53,822 bases of DNA from a virus (taxonomy: Duplodnaviria; Heunggongvirae; Uroviricota; Caudoviricetes), in the IMG/VR virus record IMGVR_UViG_3300021256_000058, positions 1 to 53,822 of that record. One strand, 5' to 3'. The position numbers were made by a program, and so were the translations under genes. Shown here piece after piece: positions 10,242 to 18,108 of the stretch; position 1 is the stretch's first letter; each line of letters starts with the position of its first letter. The notes under the pieces were generated by a model. That model did no database searches and was not told the DNA's origin. It saw nothing but the letters and a program-made list of their open reading frames with translations.

Positions 10242-11795
10242 TTACTTAATACAAGCATAACGCTCGGTATTAAGCTTCTCCATCATGAGGTCATAGCCAG
10301 TCTTACCTGACATAATGGTCTCAAAGATAGCAGGAGAAAAACCGCTAACAAAGGAGATAGCTCCCTGTCCCAGCATAGGGATATTATTCTGACGAGCCTG
10401 GACATTCCAGAAAATCAGATGAGGCATCTGATATCCGTGAGCAGCCCACTTCTTTGCGATACCCTCCATAAGAGTATCAGTCTCTGCGGTATTTACTGAA
10501 GTACGACCCCAGGAATACCCGTGGCCACGAGCCTGGTCGAATTCCATATCAGAGATGATAATGATATTCTTAGGCAGGTCGTCCTGAGAACAGTTGTTGC
10601 GAAGCGCAGTATTCAGCAACAGATCGAAAGTAGCTTCGATATTAGTGTTCTCGCAGAGATTGGTGCGATAAATACGCTCAACCTTATCGCAGAAGTCTAC
10701 TCCAGAAGTCTCAATCAGCTGAGGACGAGAACTAAAGGAAACATAATGTCCTGCGAAAGGCCCCTTAGCCTTTTCTGCGCAATACAGGCCAAGAGAGATA
10801 GCAACATTGATAGGAGCTGCCGCATCGCTTCCAGTCATAGAGCCAGAAGTATCAACAACAGCAAGGCCGTTGAAGGAAGCTCCATTGAAATAATCCGCAA
10901 GATTATCCCAATACTTATTTGCCATCAAACGCTGAGTGTCATCCAGAGGAACATCCTTGCGGGAATAGCTCCAGGAGTAACGAGAGCCGTACATTACCTT
11001 AACAGCTTCAGATACGCACTCATAAGGATAAAGAGTCTTTGCATTAACCTTCTTAGTGGTATCCTTAGCGAAGTCTGCATAAGTCTGCACATTGCGCTCA
11101 GACTTTTCACGCTCAAGATCATGACGAGCAAAAGCGTTCTTATAGATCATGCCTGCGCGAGAAGGAATCTTATCGAATTCGATCTCGTCCCAACGGTTCT
11201 CAGACATGAGGCGCTCAACAATGTTGATCTTCTCACGCAGAATCGCAAGAGTCTTACGATACTGCTTATGAGTCATGCCGAGGTACTCGCGAGTCTTGGC
11301 AGCCAGCTTACGGCTATCGCGACTTGAAGTATTTTCAGACTTCATCCACTTTGCGAGCAGGGAAGGAGTCTTGCACTGTACATCCAGCTCAAGCTGAGAC
11401 TTAATCAGAGCCAAAGCATCAGCCTCCAGAGGAGTACCAATAAAGGTATATAGATCATCCCAGCGGCCAAACTCAGGGACATACTTCATATTGCGACGCA
11501 TTGCTGTAGTATCATGATTCGCCAGATAGTGAATTACGACACGGAAGAATCTGCGCTCGCCCTGGCCTCCGCGCACGTCGCGCAGGTAAAACAGGCACTT
11601 AAGTGCATATACAGGGTTTTCAGCATATGCATCCAGAAACAGCTTCAGAACATCAGCATCGCTTCTGGTACGATATGCTCCGCCCATCGCAAACAGATCA
11701 AGCAGATAGCTACGAGTAGTCTTGTGAGCTACAGCTCCATTTTCAGTACGAATATAGTTGGTGGAATTCTTCAATCCATTTATAAAAGTATTCAT
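10242..11795 (-). CDS. DUF2828-family Ro60/TROVE-like protein with C-terminal vWA domain
   Basis: TENGA, RDVRGGQGERRFF, GRWDDL, LLAKW, vWA MIDAS VVDTSGSM and IISDMEFD. Own promoter at 11862-11890. Confidence 0.85.
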   Translation of the reverse strand: MNTFINGLKNSTNYIRTENGAVAHKTTRSYLLDLFAMGGAYRTRSDADVLKLFLDAYAENPVYALKCLFYLRDVRGGQGERRFFRVVIHYLANHDTTAMRRNMKYVPEFGRWDDLYTFIGTPLEADALALIKSQLELDVQCKTPSLLAKWMKSENTSSRDSRKLAAKTREYLGMTHKQYRKTLAILREKINIVERLMSENRWDEIEFDKIPSRAGMIYKNAFARHDLEREKSERNVQTYADFAKDTTKKVNAKTLYPYECVSEAVKVMYGSRYSWSYSRKDVPLDDTQRLMANKYWDNLADYFNGASFNGLAVVDTSGSMTGSDAAAPINVAISLGLYCAEKAKGPFAGHYVSFSSRPQLIETSGVDFCDKVERIYRTNLCENTNIEATFDLLLNTALRNNCSQDDLPKNIIIISDMEFDQARGHGYSWGRTSVNTAETDTLMEGIAKKWAAHGYQMPHLIFWNVQARQNNIPMLGQGAISFVSGFSPAIFETIMSGKTGYDLMMEKLNTERYACIK

Positions 11796-11878
11796 ACGCA
11801 TTCTCCTTTTTCTCATTGTATCCTCTTGGACAAGAGGATAATTTATTTATTTACTATATATATTATATAATATTTTTA

Positions 11879-12715
11879 TTAAAAAATCAAATTATTCACT
11901 AAAATGGAATCAATATTCTGATATTCAGTATATGGAATTCTTAAAAGAGGAATATTATGCTTATTACAATAAGCAGTTTTAATATTATCTCTTGTCTGCT
12001 GGAGTTTAAATCCCTCTTCATCACCATGCCATGCAGGGATAAATTTAAAATGCTGTTCTCCATCATATTCAATCAACATTTTTAATTCATCATTTTTGAA
12101 TACTGCAAAATCAAATGGCAGTTCATGCTTAAAAACACAGTCAGAAAATTTATATTCTTTTTCAAAAGAAATATTATTAGTTTCAAGCCAATTTCTGATT
12201 GCGCGAGGGCCTGCATATCGTTCTGCGGTACAGTTAGGACAAACGCATTTTCCCAAAGGTGCGTTAGCTACTAAATTAGAAGCAAAATCATATTTAGTAG
12301 TTCCGCATTTAATGCAATGGAGCTCCCAGTAGTTATGGCGTTTTGCATTAAATGCAAATTCAATAACTTCCCAGTCACCATAGATTTCTCCTGGGGCAAT
12401 AATATCACTACGATCAGGAATTTTCTCCAAAGTATGATTAATAGGGGCATCCATATCACACTGTCTATTACCATCACAATTGCGGCATTTGTTCCATCCC
12501 CAACCACGCTGAATACATTTCACAATCTGGGTATGAAGCGTTTTATAGGTCTTCCCGCATTTTAGAGTAATTTCATACGCTTTATCATGCGGATAATTCT
12601 TACCTTGATTAATACACCAATGCTGAGTTGTTTCTTCTTTAGAAAGCATTTTTGTTACAGTGAAAGGCTCATTAGTATTTTCGCCAACAACAAGACCTAT
12701 TGGATGATAAGGCAT
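11879..12715 (-). CDS. Zn-finger PD-(D/E)xK endonuclease, homing-endonuclease-like
   Basis: Several CxxC motifs and a C-terminal LPFDFAV...LIEYDGEQH...RDNIKTAYC...IPLLRIPY. Confidence 0.75.
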   Translation of the reverse strand: MPYHPIGLVVGENTNEPFTVTKMLSKEETTQHWCINQGKNYPHDKAYEITLKCGKTYKTLHTQIVKCIQRGWGWNKCRNCDGNRQCDMDAPINHTLEKIPDRSDIIAPGEIYGDWEVIEFAFNAKRHNYWELHCIKCGTTKYDFASNLVANAPLGKCVCPNCTAERYAGPRAIRNWLETNNISFEKEYKFSDCVFKHELPFDFAVFKNDELKMLIEYDGEQHFKFIPAWHGDEEGFKLQQTRDNIKTAYCNKHNIPLLRIPYTEYQNIDSILVNNLIF

Positions 12716-12741
12716 ATTTAATTCCTCACTTTAAATTAATA

Positions 12742-12818
12742 TGGTGCGCCAGGGGGGACTTGAACCCCCGACCCCTTGATTAAAAGTCAAGTGCTACTAC
12801 CATCTGAGCTACTGGCGC
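12742..12818 (-). tRNA. tRNA-Lys(UUU)
   Basis: Cloverleaf, arm CTTGA-CTTTTAA-TCAAG, CCA encoded. Confidence 0.95.
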
Positions 12819-12957
12819 AGAGAGAACTATAAGGCTTTACCGTCGTCCGGTAAAGCCTTATAAACACATCAGAAAGGAGCTACAAAACATGAACCACAAA
12901 GAAGAAAGGAAATTTGGAAAGTAAAAGAGGACAATTTTCTTTTAAGTATTGTCAATT

Positions 12958-13105
12958 ACGAGAGCCGACTCCAATTAAGGTACTCATTGACATTTTACTT
13001 TCTTTTAATAAATCTGTTATGAGATATATTAATATCCTAATACGTCAGAATTGTTCTGACAACCATTTTCTAAATAATTAGAAAAAAGATTGCTGTTAGG
13101 CTCTC
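12958..13105 (-). ncRNA. ACAGCAA-handle RNA copy 1 (AT-rich hairpin payload)
   Basis: GAGAGCC-TA-ACAGCAA...GGCTCTC-GT, starting right after the tRNA-Gly CCA. 3' boundary uncertain. Confidence 0.45.
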
Positions 13106-13180
13106 TGGAGCGATACGTGAGAATTGAACTCACATCGCCGGTTTGGAAGACCGGAATAATAACCATTATACCAGTATCGC
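13106..13180 (-). tRNA. tRNA-Gly(UCC)
   Basis: CCGGT-CTTCCAA-ACCGG, CCA. Confidence 0.93.
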
Positions 13181-13315
13181 ATACGGTATTTTCTTTATGA
13201 TGTTGAAAATACCAAACAACCATATAGGGGATAGGAATTAAAAGGGGAACGAAAGTTTTCTTTCTCAACTTTCTATATATATTATAACATTTTTTTTTAA
13301 AAATGTCAAATATTT

Positions 13316-13837
13316 TTAGTCCCATAAATGTCCGAAAACATGCTTCATCATGTCAAAAGCTTTATTTCGACATTCTGTACGATAATTATCTAAAGTGATT
13401 TCTCCATCGAGATATTTCTGAGAAATCTCTTTTTGCTCAGGAGTTTGTTCATTTATATGATTTATCCAATTATCTTGGCTAATCATATCTTCAAACTCTT
13501 TTTCATATGGATTCTGAAGGGTTTGACAACCTTCAATAGACTGTTCAAATAAATCTGCCATGGTCCGCAAATATTTATCCCAATCTTCTGGTTGCGGAAA
13601 TTCATCATTTCCAGGCCAACCATGGGTATGATCAGCGAAATAACGTAAACTATTTACAAAAAGAAAACTATAATATACATCTAAATCCCAAGAGTCCCAA
13701 TCACAAAAACCTTTAGTAGCTCTTTGATAAGCATACTTAAAACATCTAAAAAAATGTTTTATATTATGAGGCCAATTTGAGAGATATTTCCAAGTTGAAT
13801 AATTTCCTTTATTAAATACATTCAATTCATTACCCAT
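13316..13837 (-). CDS. Hypothetical phage protein
   Basis: MGNELNVF... with GAGGA SD. The track start at 13885 lies inside tRNA-Leu. Confidence 0.75.
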   Translation of the reverse strand: MGNELNVFNKGNYSTWKYLSNWPHNIKHFFRCFKYAYQRATKGFCDWDSWDLDVYYSFLFVNSLRYFADHTHGWPGNDEFPQPEDWDKYLRTMADLFEQSIEGCQTLQNPYEKEFEDMISQDNWINHINEQTPEQKEISQKYLDGEITLDNYRTECRNKAFDMMKHVFGHLWD

Positions 13838-13855
13838 ATGAATCCTCTTTTCTTT

Positions 13856-13942
13856 TGGTGCGGGTAGCCGGATTTGAACCGGCACGGGCTAAGGCCCAAC
13901 AGATTTTAAGTCTGTGGTGTCTACCTATTCCACCATACCCGC
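13856..13942 (-). tRNA. tRNA-Leu(UAA)
   Basis: ACAGA-CTTAAAA-TCTGT, long variable arm, CCA. Confidence 0.95.
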
Positions 13943-13952
13943 ATATTAAATG

Positions 13953-14030
13953 ACAAGACGCACACATAGTTAACAACAGGTCTATGATTTTAAAAAATGG
14001 CGTTGTAAAAAAAATTGCTGCTTGCGTCTT
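13953..14030 (-). ncRNA. ACAGCAA-handle RNA copy 2
   Basis: AAGACGCA-AGCAGCAA...ACAAC/GTTGT inner stem...TGCGTCTT-GT. Confidence 0.6.
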
Positions 14031-14034
14031 TAAA

Positions 14035-14343
14035 TTAAATATTTTCAGAAAGGTCTGCGTCCATACTATCTTGCCTACGCTTGTCCATCATTGAATAATT
14101 AATAGATGGATACCAGCCATTAGCCTTTTGTCTACGTTTACCTTTATTTCTGGTTTTGGCAGAACACATAGGACAACTGCAATGGATCTTGTTTTTAGAA
14201 TACTGATGTAAATTATTGTACCAAGTCCAATGATGAAGTCCTTCTTCATCGTTCCAAGGACGGCCTAAACAATATACATCAATGTTTCTCTTACGTTTAG
14301 CTTTAGTGTAATCTTTATATCTACGCCAAGCTTTTGTCCGCAT
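14035..14343 (-). CDS. Basic hypothetical protein with HCSCPMC motif
   Basis: ORF track; start placed at MRTKAWRR. Confidence 0.65.
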   Translation of the reverse strand: MRTKAWRRYKDYTKAKRKRNIDVYCLGRPWNDEEGLHHWTWYNNLHQYSKNKIHCSCPMCSAKTRNKGKRRQKANGWYPSINYSMMDKRRQDSMDADLSENI

Positions 14344-14369
14344 AAGCAACACACCTTTTCTATAAAATC

Positions 14370-14521
14370 TGGCGGCGGAGCTGGGGTTCGAACCCAGTCA
14401 TACCGGTTTTTGGTGGAGCGCCTCAGTACCGCCCTGAAATCTTCAATACTAGCTTCTTCCTTGCTATGTTCTTTACACCATCGCCCCAGAGACCGGCGTG
14501 CTACCGTTACACCACTCCGCA
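14370..14521 (-). tRNA. Interrupted amber-suppressor tRNA(CUA) with a 77-nt tRNA-Ala-like insert (14411-14487) in the anticodon loop
   Basis: 5' half ...CCGGT-CTCT, insert GGGGCG...CGCTCCACCA, then AAA-ACCGG...T arm...GCCA. Removing the insert gives the 7-nt loop CT-CTA-AA. Confidence 0.7.
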
Positions 14522-14597
14522 TGGCACCCCCACTTCGGAATCGAACCAAGATCTAGAGGGTTAGAGCCTCTCGTGCTGACCATTACACCATAGGGGA
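14522..14597 (-). tRNA. Amber suppressor tRNA(CUA), Gln-type body
   Basis: AGAGG-CTCTAAC-CCTCT, weak 1:72 pair, G73. Loop differs by one base from the local tRNA-Gln(CUG) loop CTCTGAC. Confidence 0.92.
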
Positions 14598-14693
14598 ATA
14601 TATTTGATGTAGGGGGCCCCTTGTATACCGGTTGCCCCTACTTCCGGCCGCCCTTACACATTTCGGTTTTGCTTATGGTTAACCGCAAACCAC

Positions 14694-14784
14694 GCCAGTG
14701 TGCTTTCACGCTAAAAGATTGCCGCATGCCCCACAATCCACTCATTATAGGATGGCTGCTTCTAAGCCCACCTCCTGGCTGTCT
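14694..14784 (-). ncRNA. Mimic of the 23S rRNA L11-binding region (helices 43-44)
   Basis: Minus strand reads AGACAGCCAGGAGGTGGGCTTAGAAGCAGCCATCCTATAATGA-[hairpin insert]-AGCGTGAAAGCACACTGGC, against the bacterial 23S sequence AGACAGCCAGGATGTTGGCTTAGAAGCAGCCATCATTTAAAGAAAGCGTAATAGCTCACTGGT. Confidence 0.85.
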
Positions 14785-14824
14785 TAGAAGTCTTAAACAG
14801 GGTTTCCATTCCTGATGCTTCATA

Positions 14825-14912
14825 TGGCGACGGGAGAGGGACTCGAACCCCCAAGGGCTTTCAGACCCCGACGGTTTTCAGGACCGCGTCCTCATCCAGC
14901 CGGATTCCCGCC
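14825..14912 (-). tRNA. tRNA-Ser(UGA), atypical D arm and C33
   Basis: GCGGT-CCTGAAA-ACCGT, long variable arm, GCCA. Confidence 0.85.
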
Positions 14913-14927
14913 ATATCAAAAGGGTGA

Positions 14928-15269
14928 TTACTCACCCTTAATAGTATTCATAAAATTCTTGAGAGCAGTATCTGCCTTATCCCAAGCGATTGCCGCATCA
15001 GTACGGTAATCTCCCATATCTCTACGATGAAGCTCTGCTGCTTCCAGAGCAGCCTTAGCCTTGCGCTCCTGCTCGACCGCACGGTTAAAACGCTTCTCAG
15101 CGATCTTCTGCGCGCAACGAAGCTCTGCGAGTGTCTTGCCAGTCTCAAGATCGAAATGATCATTGGGGTGGCACTTTGCATATCCCTTTACAGTCTTACC
15201 TGCATAAGTGGAAATTGCAATTACTGTATTGCCAGTCATGGCAAACTTATACTTCGGCTGATGAACCAT
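14928..15269 (-). CDS. Hypothetical phage protein with coiled-coil C-terminus
   Basis: ORF track; GYAKCHPNDHFD motif. Confidence 0.75.
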   Translation of the reverse strand: MVHQPKYKFAMTGNTVIAISTYAGKTVKGYAKCHPNDHFDLETGKTLAELRCAQKIAEKRFNRAVEQERKAKAALEAAELHRRDMGDYRTDAAIAWDKADTALKNFMNTIKGE

Positions 15270-15314
15270 TTTTTTTCAAATCCTTTTTCTCTTTATTTGC
15301 TTTTTGATTAAGCA

Positions 15315-15390
15315 TGGAGCAAGTAGAGGGACTTGAACCCTCCCCTCAACCTTGGCAAGGTCGCGTGCTAACCACTGACACCATACCTGC
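15315..15390 (-). tRNA. tRNA-Gly(GCC)
   Basis: CGACC-TTGCCAA-GGTTG, CCA. Confidence 0.95.
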
Positions 15391-15397
15391 ATATTAA

Positions 15398-15595
15398 TTA
15401 TTTATACGTTTGAACAAGATCTTCTATATCCCAGCCCGACATAACTGCACTACAATCAGGGCATTTTATACGCACGGACCGATCATAAACAGGGCCTACT
15501 TCTTCAACATCATTTTTATCAAAAGAAAAACGACATTTACAAATTTTACAAGTTACTTCATAACGATTTAAACCATGTTGAATAATTTGAATCAT
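15398..15595 (-). CDS. Small Zn-ribbon protein
   Basis: CKIC...CPDC, SD and upstream promoter. Confidence 0.7.
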   Translation of the reverse strand: MIQIIQHGLNRYEVTCKICKCRFSFDKNDVEEVGPVYDRSVRIKCPDCSAVMSGWDIEDLVQTYK

Positions 15596-16037
15596 ATATA
15601 TATCCTTTTTTTATTTTATATATATATTATATCATAAAAAAATACAATTGTCAATATTTTAGCCTTTTCTGACAAAAAATTGCTACGGGTGCGTTTTGCC
15701 GAGCCTCGGCCGTTGATGGGAGTTGTCGACAAAAAGACCATGCACAAATGATGCTTATATTCCTATCACAGACGCCGGTTGCCCTCTCTGCGCTCCCACC
15801 TACCATCAGTTTATAAGCAACCATTTTGCATGGTCTTCCTGCTTTAGCTGGCTCAACATATTGGCGAAGAAGTTATTTGCGGCAGTCCTCATAGGAAGGG
15901 CTCTTCTCCACACAGCTAAATCAAACATTTACATAATGAACCGCAAATTCCACATTACAATAATATCTTACCTACAATTACCTACCTCTCTCGTGGTAGG
16001 GACGCTTCGTTTCTCTTTGGGAATACGAAGAAAGTGT

Positions 16038-16156
16038 TCGGGCGTGCTGGACTCACACCAGCTTTCACCGTGCCCCAAGCAAGAAAAAAATTGCTGTCAC
16101 GGAATTTTTCAACACCACGTCTAAAACGGCGGCTCGTTTACTTTGCCTTACGCCCA
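16038..16156 (-). ncRNA. tRNA-like RNA with the ACAGCAA motif inside an expanded anticodon arm
   Basis: GGGCGT/ACGCCC acceptor, D-like arm, CCGTG-ACAGCAA...CACGG, T-like arm GCTGG-TGTGAGT-CCAGC, no CCA. Confidence 0.5.
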
Positions 16157-16157
16157 A

Positions 16158-16232
16158 TGGCACCCCCCAATCGCGTCGAACGATTACTTACTGGGTCAGA
16201 GCCAGTCGTGCAGGCCGCTACACTAGAGGGGT
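16158..16232 (-). tRNA. tRNA-Gln(CUG)
   Basis: ACTGG-CTCTGAC-CCAGT, GCCA. Confidence 0.92.
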
Positions 16233-16238
16233 ATATTA

Positions 16239-16312
16239 TGGCAGCCCTGGCTGGGATCGAACCAACAACGACGGAGTCAAAGTCCGGCGTGTTACCATTA
16301 CACTACAGGGCT
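16239..16312 (-). tRNA. tRNA-Gln(UUG)
   Basis: CCGGA-CTTTGAC-TCCGT, GCCA. Confidence 0.93.
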
Positions 16313-16328
16313 ATATTTGGAAATTATA

Positions 16329-16604
16329 TTAATTATGAATATAATCTCCATCATTATCACTGAGTGGACGATATTTATCAATCCAAGCAGGGAGAGGATT
16401 ATCATTTGTGTCATTCACAAGGTACATTACTTCACCGAATTCTGCAGAAGCATAAAGAACTCCAAGATAAGATCTTGCATTCACTCTACAACTGCCATCT
16501 TCATTTTCAATACTATATCTAATGAGAGAACCATCAGAATTCATAGCACTAACAAATGCGGTGACATCTTTATTGGTATCCAAACGGATTCTTGCTCTTA
16601 CCAT
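16329..16604 (-). CDS. HPr-fold-like small protein
   Basis: RVNARSYLGVL resembles HPr VNAKSIMGVL around Ser46; no His15 motif seen. Confidence 0.5.
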   Translation of the reverse strand: MVRARIRLDTNKDVTAFVSAMNSDGSLIRYSIENEDGSCRVNARSYLGVLYASAEFGEVMYLVNDTNDNPLPAWIDKYRPLSDNDGDYIHN

Positions 16605-16627
16605 TTATAAAACTCCTAAATATTATT

Positions 16628-16743
16628 ACAAGACACATTGTGTTACATTCACTCTACCCAACTGAGTTACTTACGCCAAGCGCGTGAGACAGGAATTGAA
16701 CCTGCGACATAATGTTACCATTATAATTAGCTGTATGTGTCTT
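16628..16743 (-). ncRNA. ACAGCAA-handle RNA copy 3, YrlA-like permuted tRNA module
   Basis: AAGACACAT-ACAGCTAA...T arm GCAGG-TTCAATT-CCTGT, loop-closed acceptor CTCACGC/GCGTAAG, D arm ACTC-AGTTGGGTA-GAGT...ATGTGTCTT. Confidence 0.8.
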
Positions 16744-16745
16744 TA

Positions 16746-16821
16746 TGGTCGGAGTGGAGGGTCTCGAACCCCCGACCTCCTGATCCCAAATCAGGCGCTC
16801 TACCATCTGAGCCACACCCCG
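16746..16821 (-). tRNA. tRNA-Pro(UGG)
   Basis: CCTGA-TTTGGGA-TCAGG, CCA. Confidence 0.95.
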
Positions 16822-16836
16822 AGATTATGCCTTGAT

Positions 16837-17082
16837 TTAATCAAGGACTTCCGGATAATTTTTAAAGAACTTAAAGAACAAAGGTTCGTCCGCACTTTCA
16901 TCACAGAACAATTCAAGTTCATCACCATGCTCTCCCAAAAGAGCGCCAATGGCAACATACTTAGAAAGTTCAGATTTAAGATTATAACAATCTCCTGCCA
17001 TAGATCTTAAATAAACCGATCCTTTAGCCTGGCTGACCGCACTCAAAAATTCATGTAGTTCTGCCACTTTAGTTATCTTCAT
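16837..17082 (-). CDS. Small conserved Firmicute-type protein, possibly HPr-like fold
   Basis: FLSAV...GSVYL...GDCYNLKSELS...LELFC. Confidence 0.65.
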   Translation of the reverse strand: MKITKVAELHEFLSAVSQAKGSVYLRSMAGDCYNLKSELSKYVAIGALLGEHGDELELFCDESADEPLFFKFFKNYPEVLD

Positions 17083-17109
17083 ACTTTTAGTTTCCTTTAC
17101 TTTAGATAA

Positions 17110-17175
17110 ACAAGGCTTCTTGTTTGAATTATAGATTAAAAGTCTATTCCAAATAAAAGTTGCTGTATAAGCCTT
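17110..17175 (-). ncRNA. ACAGCAA-handle RNA copy 4 displaying a Lys(UUU) anticodon stem-loop
   Basis: AAGGCTT-ATACAGCAA...ATAGA-CTTTTAA-TCTAT...AAGCCTT-GT. Confidence 0.75.
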
Positions 17176-17177
17176 TA

Positions 17178-17254
17178 TGGTAGTCTGGGAGAGATTTGAA
17201 CTCTCGACCTCACGATTATCAGTCGTGCGCTCTGACCAACTGAGCTACCAAACT
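17178..17254 (-). tRNA. tRNA-Ile(GAU)
   Basis: CACGA-CTGATAA-TCGTG, CCA. Confidence 0.95.
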
Positions 17255-17260
17255 AAATCT

Positions 17261-17329
17261 ACAAGACCTTATTGTTTTACAAAATCATAAATTTCAAGTC
17301 TGATTGTAAAATATTGCTGTGAAGGTCTT
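17261..17329 (-). ncRNA. ACAGCAA-handle RNA copy 5 displaying a Ser(UGA)-like loop
   Basis: AAGACCTT-CACAGCAA...TTTTACAA..AGA-CTTGAAA-TTT..TTGTAAAA...AAGGTCTT-GT. Confidence 0.7.
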
Positions 17330-17387
17330 TATTTCTTTTCTCATTTTGTATATATATTATACCATATTTTTTTTAAAATTGCAAATT

Positions 17388-17735
17388 TTATTGTGCAATT
17401 CGCATTTCTGCCATTATTTTTCGGTCTTTATCTAATGGTACTGCAATAAAATTTATATTAGTTTCAAAAGAAATATTTGTAGTGATACAAGCTAATTGCG
17501 TATCATTTAAACCAGTTGCATAAACACTTTCAGATGTGGACTCAAAAGTTGCAGTTTGCGGTAACACTTTCTAAGTTAATAAATATCCATCTTTCTTAAT
17601 AGTAAGAAAAATAGGCTCATTATTATCAAAATCTATAATAGATAAATCAAAATAAATTGTCCCGCAATATGGACATTTATTTAGACCTACTTCATAAGGA
17701 GCACCGCAATTAGGACAATTAGTCTACTATTTCAT
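17388..17735 (-). CDS. Zn-ribbon protein, 115 aa, 3 in-frame TAG codons
   Basis: ATG AAA TAG TAG ACT AAT TGT reads MK(Q)(Q)TNCPNCGAPY...CPYCG; further TAG at 17571, TAA at 17388. Confidence 0.7.
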
Positions 17736-17979
17736 ATGTCTCATGGAAAATATCTTCTTTACAAGGATAAAATTCTCCATGCACTCCCTTGATAATATAG
17801 TCCCCAATAGTTGCTTGATGATCACCTTCAAGAGTGTGAATTGTTAAAGTGTAATAAGAACCCATATCATAAATATCATGAGCTGCCTCGGCGCAAAACT
17901 CCATCATTTCTTCTGGATTATGACCAGTCCATTGAACACACTCAACTATTACTGGTTTCTTTTGGGCTTTCAGTTTCAT
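17719..17979 (-). CDS. Conserved small phage protein
   Basis: KKPVIVECVQWTG...TLEG...GDYIIKGVHGEFYPCK motif. Confidence 0.8.
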   Translation of the reverse strand: MKLKAQKKPVIVECVQWTGHNPEEMMEFCAEAAHDIYDMGSYYTLTIHTLEGDHQATIGDYIIKGVHGEFYPCKEDIFHETYEIVD

Positions 17980-18108
17980 ATGCTTCTTCCTCCATCCACT
18001 TTTGGAAGACAGGATCTTCCATCATCTCTTTATAACTTTGTATATATCCACCAGGTTGATTTAATGCCACCGTCATTAATAATGATAAAGCCTGAAACCC
18101 TTGTGTAG

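Noticed and set aside
10521-11327. Long plus-strand ORFs (also 34906-35853, 36789-37985, 33578-34177)
   Set aside because: Antisense shadows of well-supported minus-strand genes, with no recognisable motifs.
14411-14487. tmRNA or group I intron
   Set aside because: It shares GGGG...CTCCACCA ends with tmRNA but is only 77 nt, with no tag ORF and no group I core.
14370-14521. Interrupted tRNA-Trp(CCA) or Leu(CAA)
   Set aside because: Those anticodons need splice points that cut into the insert's acceptor stem or CCA. Removal at the insert's own ends gives CUA, and intact Trp and Leu(CAA) genes exist elsewhere.
14694-14784. A genuine 23S rRNA gene or host contamination
   Set aside because: Similarity is limited to H43-H44, includes substitutions and an inserted hairpin, and is flanked by phage tRNAs.
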